The notes under the pieces: generated by a model
Databases searched by the model: none
Seen by the model: the letters and a program-made list of their open reading frames with translations, nothing else
Told to the model about the DNA's origin: nothing
Shown here: in pieces, positions 11,603 through 23,160 of the stretch
How the letters are laid out: every line of letters begins with the position of its first letter
How positions within the stretch are numbered: the first letter of the stretch is position 1
NCBI GenBank assembly: GCA_904063045.1
Contig: CAJFCJ010000001.1
Location: 3,410,001-3,474,000, forward strand
Source: Dimorphilus gyrociliatus
Lineage: Eukaryota; Animalia; Annelida
DNA: 64,000 nt
Direction: 5' to 3'
Made by a program: the position numbers and the translations under genes

Positions 11603-13666
11603 CATGCAGTCTTAAATATTTTATTCACAGTGCACAGTAGCACTTGGTAATCTTCCGATTGGCTACTTTAATAATGAGGATGATTACTGCGTTTGTACCT
11701 TGAGTTTTTTCCTTATTTTCGTTCTATATTCCGCCTTTCTTTCTTTATCCATAACTTTTTCTTTCGGTTCGCCTTTTTCTTCCTCTACATACCTATCCAT
11801 CTATCTATCTGTCTATCTTTATTTTCTCTCGTTCGTTCTCTCTTGTCACTCATTCGCTCTTTCTGTCTGTGTATCTGTTTGTATCTTCTCTCCTTCTCTC
11901 TCCTCTCCCTCTCTCTCTCACTCTCTCTTTTCTGCACCTGCACCTTACTCTTCTTTTTTTACCTATCTCTAAACTTTTTTCATTCTCTTATTCTCTTTTT
12001 CCCAACAATAAGTTCTTCACTAATCCTTATCGCTTCATTCTTTCTTCTCTCTACATCAGTTCATTAGTTGTTATCCCCTCTATTCTCTTCCTGCGAACCT
12101 AATTCCTATGTTTTTTATTATGATAACTATTGTGGCGGCTATGGTTGTTCATTTATTTTCTTTCTCTGTTTTATCCCTAATCAAGTTTTAGATCTTTTTT
12201 GCAACAAAAAGAAAAACATATTTACAAAACAGACTTGTTTTCCCATTCATATACTGTATTTATATAAATGTGGGGATTTTGATTGATTTAACGGACAAGG
12301 CGACAGGAAAGGAGACGTTTTAGTACGCTTACGTTAACGTAGAAAATGAAAGAGAAAAAGTAATATATAGTATATACGGTATATATGTATATTGGTGAAA
12401 TTTTTCCCTCTTATGTTAATTGACAAGAATCAAAAGAAAGAAAAAGGAAGAAGCTGGAGGAAATATGGAATAATAAATAAAAGTACCTGTAAGACGAATC
12501 AATACCCTGGAGGTTTTTCAATTCTCCAACTGCATGTAAAATATAATGAAAGTATTAAGTTATCATTTCCTGGCTTAAACCAGTAACGGAGCTAAACTTA
12601 TCTGGTTCTAAAGAAATTTTTAAATGCTTCCCCTAACTGCATTTATTCTCCATATATACTATTATAATAGTATATATGCAAATAAATAAATATACTGTAT
12701 GTACTGTATACACGTTTATTTATTTCTATTTATATACAATGTATGTATTTATACATTCTTTCAATCTGACCGTTTAAAACATGTTTATTACTTGCTTGAA
12801 CTTTTATTTTGTTAAACAGCCGCAACAAAGGCACATTTCATTTCTATATACTGTACCATAAACAGTATATAAACTTACTAAATTAACAACATTCAAGTCT
12901 CTTTTTGTTTAGTTGTTTCTTTAAAATCATCTAGAATAAGAAGAAAACATGATCAAGAAATAGATGAAACAGAAGACGAATATTATTATTATTATTATCA
13001 AAAGAAATAATAAGATGAAGGACCACACGTAGAAAGAGAATGAATTAAGTATTTAAAATGAATTTATCGTCATTCTCCCTACGAAAAAAATCTAACTTCT
13101 TACGCTCTCTTCCTTTTCCTTTCCCTTTCCTGTATAAACATTACTTCCGTTTCTTTAGAAATTATTTTGACATCTACCAGTATTTCATTCTAATTATTAG
13201 AATGCAAGAGAGTAGGGGGGAGGGAGAAAGGGGAAAAGGAAGAAAGAAAAAAGAAAACATGCAAGAACGCGAAGGAGAGAGAAAGAGAAAGTGGGAAGAA
13301 AATCTCTATGATGATTAATTATTTTCCAAAGGAAGTTGAAACAAAAAAATTAAGTAAAAAACTAAATCGTTAATCAGAATAAAAGAAAAACTTTACCACT
13401 ATCAGTAAATGATATGATAATCATCTAGATTTTTGTATTATCTTAATGGAACCAAAATAAAAAAAAAGCAATAGGGAAAGAAAGCAACTGATGTAGAAAC
13501 ATTTTAATTTTCCTTATTATTACTATGGCAATTGAAGAGGAAGTATATTTAGATTAGAGAATAATACTTAATAGTTTATATTTATTCAGCAAAACAAGAA
13601 GAAACTAATAAAGGAAATGTAATTGACAATGAATAGAATCCGTGCGCATTTGAACAAGTAGTAATG

Positions 13667-13697
<31 letters not shown>

Positions 13698-15358
13698 TAT
13701 ACTGTATATACATACATATATATATATATATATACTATTTATATTCATCTCTTCCTTCTCCTGCCATCTCTGCCAGTGATAGGTGACAAAAGAAGGAAGA
13801 ACGCAAGAATGGAAGAATACCAGAGTGAAAACTCTGCTAGAAGAGAACAGAGTTGATAGATAGACAGAAAGAATAAAAGTCGGAAAGAGAACTATGTATA
13901 TACTGTATATAAAGTATATATATATATATATACATTAATATCTTTACTGCAAATATATCAAGAAAGCGTAAAAAGAAGCTGTGTTTTGTTATCTGAAAAT
14001 CTACAATTTATAGCAATTTAGCGACAGCCGGGCTTCTTGTTCCTCATTCTGGATAACCGCATAATTAAGATTGTTATGTTGTTGTTTTTTATCAACCTTA
14101 TTAACCAAAAGCTTAAAAGCTCTAATTTGTTTTTTAGTTAATGTTGGGTAAAAAACTCGAGTGGGTTTGTAAACTGTTAGACTAAATGCTTATAAATATG
14201 CTTACTAAACATATAGATAAATAATAAAATACTCGTGTGGGATAGAGAAGAAGAAAAGAGACGGAGAATAAGGCAGAGAAGAAAGAGAGCGGCAAGAGGA
14301 AAGGACGGTAGCGTAAGGGGAAGGAAAAAAATCAAACAAATTTCAGCTGAGCTAATCAATTAATGTCCATAAGATGTAAGGCTTCAACATTTTTCCATCC
14401 GATACATTTCATTTAATGCTTGTTATTAACGTTATACGTTCATTAGTAATTAGTTTCGTAATTTTTACAACAAACTCCAAAAGCACAATATGAGAATGCT
14501 TCTCTTTTTTCACTCTTTATTTCTTCTTCTTCTTCTTCTTCTTCTTCTCACTCTATATCCTTTTATCAATCTCTTTCTCTTCTTTCCTCATTTTTTTCAT
14601 CCAAACTCATTCTCCCCACGTTTATAAATACATTCGGATTTATATATAAGCTTATCTTTAACATTTATTCTATATCTTCTTCTTCCCGTCTCTTTCTCTA
14701 ACTCTCTTTACACCTTTTATTTTACGTGTAAGCGACAGGATTTCCTTTGGAGGCCTAATCATACCGCGACTGGTTTAGTTAATTAGAAGAACAACTAAAC
14801 TGCTTTCAACAACAAGTTTAGCCACATATTATAGTATTCGTGATTTAGGAATTTATAATCAATTAAACTATAGCCCTATAGAGAAAAGAAGCATACGAAT
14901 CCGTCATTTATATTTCACCCAACTCTATAGCTTTCTATATAAAACAAACATTTCTTGTAATTGAGTCACAATGAAACCTTGAACTGACGTGTATAACTTT
15001 GATACCTTGTTGCACTACATATATAGCACAGTCAGTACAAATTGTCAAATTTAAACCACAAACAGTTGTCAGTTAACAACTGTTGAGATATTTTCTATCA
15101 ATTGTTATCATTCATTGTTGCTATTGCAATTATATCTCATCCATCGCTACCCAAGCTATTTCTGTAAATTTCGTATGTCTGTAACCTCCCACCACGCTCC
15201 CTGATCGACGTTCATTGAAAAATCCAGTACACAAAAAAATGAATGAATAAACATACCGCCACAGAGGGAAGGGACGGGGGGCAAGGAATTGGATAAAAAA
15301 ACAGATACAATTAACTATCTTCCACTCTCCTTCTATTCCTCCCCCTCCCACTCTTCCC

Positions 15359-15368
<10 letters not shown>

Positions 15369-15416
<48 letters not shown>
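15369..15416. repeat. (CT)n microsatellite in a repeat-rich tract (15340-16000) that also carries (CAGT)n and (CCTT)n
   Basis: Direct reading. Confidence 0.95.
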
Positions 15417-15419
<3 letters not shown>

Positions 15420-15915
15420 CTGGCTATCTGGTGCGTGTGTATGCGTTCCCTTCTATATGCCCATGTACGTGTGTGTAAGTGTAAGCTCGTACAGTAGAGA
15501 GGGGTTTAGAAACCTGTCTACTTATGTACGTCATACAAGGTGTATACAATGTACTTTGACCTATATGTAGTAATTCTATCTTTACGTAATCAAAATAAAA
15601 TTCAGAATTTCGCATGTTTATTTTATCCAGAAATCATTCCATTTTTAGTGTTTCCTGAGGCCGTCATGTCAATATATTTTTATCTTTATACTTTTCCTTC
15701 TTCTCCTCCGCTCATCTCTTCCGTCAAAATCAATATTTATTACAAACTTCTTTCAAGTCTACATCAAATTATCTCTATTACAACCTTATTTTATACATCA
15801 TTACATTTTTTTCTTTATCCTTTCGTTTATTATAGCCAACTTACTCAGTCAGTCAGTCAGTCAGTCACTCACTTGCTAGCCAGCGAACGCGTTCTCTCTC
15901 GCTCTCTCTCTCGCT

Positions 15916-15954
<39 letters not shown>

Positions 15955-17443
15955 TTCCTTCCTTCCTTCCTTCCCTTATGTCCTTCCACTTCTCTCCTAC
16001 AGATGGCGTATAGTGATAGACCAATAAAATACATCTCTTGGCGTTTTTCCGCTCTCTCCTTTATTACTTTATGTAAATGAGAAATTCTATACTTTTAAAA
16101 GAAGTAACTTAAATCGGGCTCATAGATATATTCTTCAATGAGGGAGGAGAAATAAAACGGCGTCCCCACGAACGATGATACTTTTACCGATGCTGAAGTG
16201 TAAAATGTGGAATATGGTCATTTGAAAGAAAAGAGAAGCGTCTAATAGTGTCATTTGTATTAGAAAAATGTATGTGGATATACAGTAAATAGTGGAAGCT
16301 TAGGTTATTGAGTCTTTTCTTAATTTTTTTCAGATAGAATGGATACTGAAGTAGAAAAGGAAGAGGGGAAAATGATTGTATCCTCGACTTCGACATGTAA
16401 AGCTTTAGAGATTCCACTCAGCTGTTATCGAAGTCACGGACGACCACCTCTCTTGCGGATGAAAGAGGAAATCCTTTAGAAGAGTTGAGCACATAGCTTA
16501 TTGACGATAGTCATTTTTTTCTTAAATATAGATATAGTAATGAGAATCGGAGATAGAATATACCTAGAGAAAGAGGTCATTAAATTGAACTTAATGAAAC
16601 TTTTTAACCTTTATTCTCACAAATCAATCAATTTCCTTCAACTTTTAAAAACTTAACTTTCATTTCAACTACAAAAAAATAAATAAAGTAAAAAGGAAAA
16701 GGAGAGAAGGAAGATAATTCCTTTTATATTCTTTCCATTAACAGTTTTAAAAGAGTAAGACGTCTAAGTAGAATTCAAGATTGTGGAAGTGTTTTTTATA
16801 TGAATTTTCAATATGACGAATTGGGATGTAATTTCACATATTGCTATAATACACTTTCGTCTAGAAATTCTGAAGATATATAAGGGTTATGTGTAGACTT
16901 TTACCGACAATATTATCCATTTATTCAGTGTCTCATTTGGTAATATTACAGTAAATGAAAAAAGATAGAAATGATTAAGGAAAGAACAATTTGTTGAAAA
17001 TTCTCTTTCATACTCTTTACTAGTAATTATTATAGAGAGTGTTTATTGTTACGACATTACTTTTACCTAACAATAGCCTATTCTTCCATATTAGTGAAAG
17101 AGAAGATGGAAAAGTAGATGGGAAAAAGAAGAGGCTGGAAAGGAGTAGGTGAGAGGAATAGACAGAGAGAGAGAGAGAGAGAGAGAGATAGTAGCATTAA
17201 AAAATACAAATATGAAAAACATAAAGGAAACAAATAAACAAACAAATAAACAAACAAATAAACAAAAACTCATTAGTATTTCACTTCTATTCAACTTTCA
17301 ACAGCAAAATTTATTCCGTTTTCCAATTAAAACACAGAAAACATAAGAGAAAAAGATTTCACCAAAGTTTTCATTTTTGTTTGTTTGTTTGTTTGTTTTT
17401 TTCATTTTCTTTGATAACTAAACGAAATATTTTTCCATATTTC

Positions 17444-17704
17444 TCAATATTGACGAAGTACGGAACGTTTACCAAGATCTGGATTAAATTGAAAAGGATA
17501 GCCTCTTTTATCAGCATTCACATTCCATTGTCGTCTATTCTGTTCAAATGTATTGTAAGATTTCCTCAACAGCTTTCTTAACATTTGGTAATATTCATCA
17601 GTTTCTCCAATAGTTGGATTTGAATATTGCGGTTTTCCAGTACTGGTTGAAATGTTTAAGAAGAGAAAGAAGCAGAAGAAGAGAACAAGAATTTTTGAAG
17701 ACAT
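17444..17704 (-). CDS. Neuropeptide precursor (86 aa), DLamide-like; predicted peptide GYPFQFNPDL-amide
   Basis: Signal peptide MSSKILVLFFCFFLFLNISTSTG, then ...NAD-KR-GYPFQFNPDL-G-KR-SVLRQY*, i.e. dibasic sites with a Gly amide donor. An acceptor lies 11 nt upstream of the ATG (aaacag, 17716-17). A candidate non-coding exon donor is at 18414 (aag|gtatag). The F-x-x-DL-amide ending resembles annelid DLamides. Confidence 0.85.
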   Translation of the reverse strand: MSSKILVLFFCFFLFLNISTSTGKPQYSNPTIGETDEYYQMLRKLLRKSYNTFEQNRRQWNVNADKRGYPFQFNPDLGKRSVLRQY

Positions 17705-17822
17705 TCCGATTGAATCTGTTTTAAATAAAGAAATGAGAAAATTTCGATTCGTAAACAATTTTTTTTTTTCGTTTTACCGTTACACTTTGCGAATTCGTCT
17801 CGAAAGATAAACGGTAATTTAT

Positions 17823-17838
17823 CAGCGCCACCTAGTAG
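17823..17838 (-). promoter_or_regulatory. CTCF-like motif CAGCGCCACCTAGTAG
   Basis: One mismatch to CAGCGCCACCTAGTGG; lies in the putative first intron of the neuropeptide gene. Confidence 0.5.
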
Positions 17839-19542
17839 TCGTATATAGTATATGTGTCTAAAGTTTTCTCTGAAGTATATATTAAGTTCTAAAATAAAAA
17901 GGGAACTAGAGAAAGCTGCCCCACGTTTCATTTATAATCCAACTAGCTATTATGCGTAACCTATTAGTTTTCTCTTTTATCAATATTCCAATTAATCAAA
18001 GATATCTATTGAACGATCTAAATTAAGCAAAACAACATTTAAAAAGATTGAAAGACAAATAGAGAAAGAATGAGTTTATGGGGAAAAAATTGCTATTCAT
18101 AGAGTGAATTCCCGTGAAAAAAGATAAAGAATACAACACAAGGACAAAGGAAAAAGCTATAAACGTAACTCTGGGGAATTTTACTAGGAAAAGATAGTTT
18201 TGAACAATATCTCTATTTATACTCTTGAATAAAAAGTCAAACAATGAAAAATCATATATATAACTCTTTTACTTGTGATAATTGCTTCTCTTTATAGCAA
18301 ACTAATGAAATTATGACCTTATTTCATGCATTCCTTTATAAAAATAATGAATATTATGAATGAATGATTTACGTATAAAAAAATAACAAAAAGAGGAAAA
18401 TTAACAAGCTATACCTTTGTGGCCAATACATCACGATTTGTACAGACTAATTTTGGTGGAATAATGAGCTAGTTAGCTTGTTCCCTCAAACCTCTACCCT
18501 TCTGGTTTCTTATTACCGCTATCCTAATTGAACTCAACCAATGATAAAATTTTACTACAAGCCATTTAATTATCAATTGACAGAAAAAAAGGAACGCTTT
18601 AGCCACCTATGGACATCTATTAGTGATTTTTATGTGCACTTTTCTTTCTTTTTAGTTGGTTTTATATAGTTTCAATCAGTCACTCACTCAGCCAGTCAGT
18701 TTGCCGGTTAGTGGTTGTGCTCCTTCTGTCCTATTTGTATATACATATATATTACTTTATTGGCTCTAGCCTAATTATTCAGTCAACTTTCAGCCAATGT
18801 GAAATTAACGTCATGCGTGCTAAAGAGAATTTTTCTTTTTTTTTTTAACTCACTCGCTCTCTCTCTCTCTCTCTCTCTCTGTCGTTCTGTCTCTCCCAAT
18901 AGAGAAATAGCCTATAGATAGTGTTGTACCATTCTCTCTACACACTCTAGATAAAGGTCTATAATAGAGTTCAAATAAAATAATAGAATATTTATCAACG
19001 AAATGGACTTGAAAAGTTTATATTTTCGTCATTAATTAGCTTTTACTATAAATTTTAATGTGAATAAAAGTCATAGTTAGTTCATTTTTCAAACTACAAT
19101 AATAGTAGACTTCTTTTTTCAATGATGTATTCGAACTTTGTCTTTCCTATAATTAACAATATAATTATACTATTAACGAGCGAAACTATTGATTGGCCAT
19201 ATTAATTATATCTATACTCCATACTGTTATTAATTATATACAAAAACAGATAATTTCTATCATACTTTTACCAACAATCCTGTATTATTGTCGAATCATC
19301 TTCCTCCTTACACTTTCTTCTCCTCCTTCTTCTCCTCCCCCTTTCCTCGCCTATTCAAGTTTTTGCTTTGTCTCTTCTTTCCTCGTTCTATTTGTCTGTC
19401 TGCCTATCTGTCTTTATCCCTCCCTCCCTCCCTCTTTTGTCTCTGATTCTCAGTTTCTCTCTCTCTCTCTCTCTTCTCTCTTTTGCATCCACGCACACTC
19501 ACACACACAACGCCCGCCCTCGAGCGCGTATTTTCATAAACT

Positions 19543-22293
19543 ATGAGTAGAAAAGTGTTAGATGAATGGAAAAATATTCAAAAAAGTCAAAAAGGATTAA
19601 AAACTCAACGGACAGAAAATTCTGAAGAAAATTCTGCTACTCTCTCCTCTTTTGGATATGAAAAAAATCATGGAAATGAAGACGACAACAAAGAAGAATC
19701 TAATCAATTTCAATTGGAGGCAAATGTCAAAAGTGACCAGCCGAAAACGCCTGTTCTTCTTAGGAAAAAAAATCAAAAAGGAGTAATGTTTACCAACATT
19801 CAGGATGGTGATAACATCGATAATCAACACGTAGAAATTTACGATATAGAAGAAGAGGAAAAACAAGTCAAGGAGGATATTGAGAATGATAAAAATAGAA
19901 AAAGTGCTTTTTCCTTCAAGCGACGAAAAAGTCGACTGGCTTCCGTTTATCTGGAGGAGAAACTCATGAGACGATCCCTTTCAATATGCGGAGGTCTTGT
20001 ACAACATTACATAAGCCCGGATCAGAAATATATGGGCGTAAAGGCGATCATTTTCTTCCTAGTAGGTCTAATTATATGTACTATAGCTTTTGGATTTAGT
20101 TATATAGGGAAACTAGCCTTGAAGAGTAAAGAGGATGATAAATGGCCAACAGTAACTGGCTTTATAATAATGATTGTATTTTCAATGGTATTTTCAATGA
20201 CTCTGTTGTTTAGTCCTATGATGAGATGTATTGGAGCGCTGATGGTTCCCGCCATTTTCAGGTAAATATAATCAATCCTATCTCAGAGGGTAACACTAAT
20301 TTTTATTTTCTTTTCCTCTCTTCCCTCTCCAATCCGTTTAGATCGAGGTGCTCGGCGCTGTTAGCCTTCGTCATTATACAACTGTTAATAGCCGGTCCTA
20401 TAAAAAATAGTATAAATAACGGGGAAATTGGTGGTAAACAGGCAATTTGTCTGTATAATCAATCGAAGCTGACTCTGCAACAAGTTCAAAGCGATATAAA
20501 AGAGGAATGGAACGGCACGATCGAAACTTTTAAGAAATTTACAGGAACGTGGAAAGGAATAATGAAAGAATTAAGTCGTGTTATTAAAAATTTTGCTTAT
20601 GGAAATCTGTGCGAAAATGGTCCAATTGAATTTCAATTTAACATTAGAGGAAAACGCTATAAAATAGACGCCTGCTATTTAACAAACGATAGCGTTCCTA
20701 TTGTACCAAAAATCCAAATTATACACAAGGGACCAAAAGTCGAAAGTAGCGTACCGCTTAGTGAAATAAAAAACAAAATTTCAACCGACGTTAACAATCA
20801 ATTAGAAGGGATGATAAAATAAAGTCCTTTTTTGACCTTGATAGAGGATAAACAATTTGGAACATACTATAGTATAACAGTATATAATTACTTATATTCT
20901 ACTACATTAAAGAGTAGCATTCTAAATATTTTAATAGTTAATAATGGAATAGAAACAGATATCTGATTACATATCATCTAACTAAATAACGAATAACGTC
21001 CTTAGTTAGGTCTAATACTCTTTCTTTTATCATATCCCTTTTGAATTTAAGGTCTGAAAAAGTTTGCTCACATCCTTAGCGAACTATGCCCTTTGGCGGT
21101 TCTGCTCATTCTCTTACAGGCGATTCTATATAGGCGAGGATATCTTGGACGACTCAACTACGAGAATGTTTTTATCACAAAGTATTTTGTTGAACTGGAC
21201 AAGAAGAAGGCGACAATTGATGAGAATCTTAAAGTTTTACCACTGAGGCGTAGGGAGAGTCTTAAATACGGATTCACTACGAAATGTATTGCAGGTTAAG
21301 CTCATTTCTTATTACACCTTTACCTCTTTTTACTGTTTGTCCTATATATTTTTCTTCGGCTCCTACTATCCTTCTAATAATCCTTCGGCCGACTAACAAT
21401 ATCATATTAGTAGTTGAAGCTGTATAATCTAGATGGCACTAGCTTATGCCCTCTTCCAGGGGAACATTTGTGATATTAAATTCATTTCTTTTTTCAGGCT
21501 ATACAAGAAGGGAATTAAGGGGAATGGTTATACCGGTAGTAACCTTTTTGTGTTCTTTATTAATTGGAATAACGGCCTATGCGGGAGATTTTTTCTTTCA
21601 TTTTATATTAGACAAAATTCAACAGCAATTAACCGATGGTGTTACAGTTACATCTTCAAGTCCTATAGGCTTGAATCAAACAAACGTTAAGCCAATTGTA
21701 TCGAAATTATTCGATTCGGTCTATAGTGGTTTAAATATTGATAATAAAACTGTTGAAATAAATATTACCAGGTTAGGCCTTGACATTCAAAAATACTTTC
21801 TATCTTACTATGTTATTACTGTTTTCCTATTTATAGATGTCGAATGGAATTGAATCATCCCGCCTACCGACAAGAGGGTTTTAAAGTTATTATTGTCCTA
21901 TACGCTATCTATTTTCTTCTAGTTCTCCTACATCCTGGTGGCTCTAGGGTTCAAAGATATATTATGTCCGTATTCCATCCCCAGCAAGAAAAGAGACGAA
22001 TACAATACCTTCACTATACAATTAGAGCAAAGAGAATGAGCCTATTCCATTTGATAACGACAGGTCTAAGAAAGAAGCCAACAATAACGTTTAAACAGTG
22101 GCTATCGTTGAAATTTCCAACATTGAAAAAATGCTTTGCCTGCCTGAGAAGTGATGTATGCGACATATGCTCTGCAGTTTCTATGAATATAGTATTTATA
22201 ACTAAATATAAAGTTTGTATATGCTGCCAAAGGAAGCTAGTGAACGAAAAAGGAGAAAAGAATTGGTCTCTTACACGCGGAAAGTCGATCTAA
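19543..22293 (+). CDS. DC-STAMP domain protein (DCST1/2, sneaky, SPE-42 family-like), about 703 aa
   Basis: Exons 19543-20261, 20342-~20760 (weak donor gtgaaa), 21052-21294, 21498-21771, 21837-22293. Multi-TM. DC-STAMP motif YLGRLNYENVFITKYFVELD...VLPLRRRE. Cys-rich RING-like tail CFAC...CDIC...CICC. Confidence 0.85.
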
Positions 22294-23160
22294 TCAAAAA
22301 AAAAAACAAAAACAAAATACTGCTAATGATGTATAATGGATTGATATTGAATTCATATAGATTTCTTGTAACCGGCTAACGCTTCTTTATACGTTCCTTT
22401 CCTTTTACTATAGCCATTAATCTAACTTAGAGAATAAACGAGAACCTTTTATTTGTTTATGTGTTAATGATGGTAAGCAACAGAATTATATTATTAGGAT
22501 GGATAGAGCAAGGAAGGAAGAGAGAGAGAGAGAGAGAGAGAGAGGCGGAGAGAAAGTGGAATGAACGGAAGAAAGAAAGAAAAAGATTTAAGGGAGAGGT
22601 TATATGTTGAAATAATCGAAATATTTCATAACCTGAAGAGTCTAATCGCGGACATTCGATATTCTTAAGCGTACTTGAATCTCTTGAATCGCATTTTATT
22701 CAATTTTATTACTTTGTATTTCCACTTCAAAGAGTAGTCATACATTTTCCATCCACTTTTAAATCTTCTAATATTGTCATTTACATCTTTTATCCTGCCT
22801 TTTTCTAATACTATTTGTTAATTTTAATATATTCTAATACATTATACAATTGTATTAGCCAATCATCAATCTCCTACAGGTATTTTTCTACTATACACGC
22901 AATTGATCGTATTATTGAAGAGCAAGCATTAATAATTAAATTTAATTGCCCCCTAACTCTTTATCCTTCGTATTATCCCGCATAAATCTGACCTATAAAT
23001 CAATATACTTACGACGATATCTGTCCTTGAGATAAATTTAATAGCACCAATTGCTTAAAACTAAAATCATTTTTCATTCGTAGCATCATTTAAGCGTTCA
23101 AGCTTTGAAAAGCTGAGAGAGATAGGTAGAAACGGAGAAGGGAGAAGAAAGTAGAACAAA

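Noticed and set aside
14983-15084. Possible miRNA-like hairpins (ACTGAC...GTCAGT; AACAGTTGT...ACAACTGTT)
   Set aside because: Pairing is too short or interrupted for a pre-miRNA, and there is no known mature sequence.
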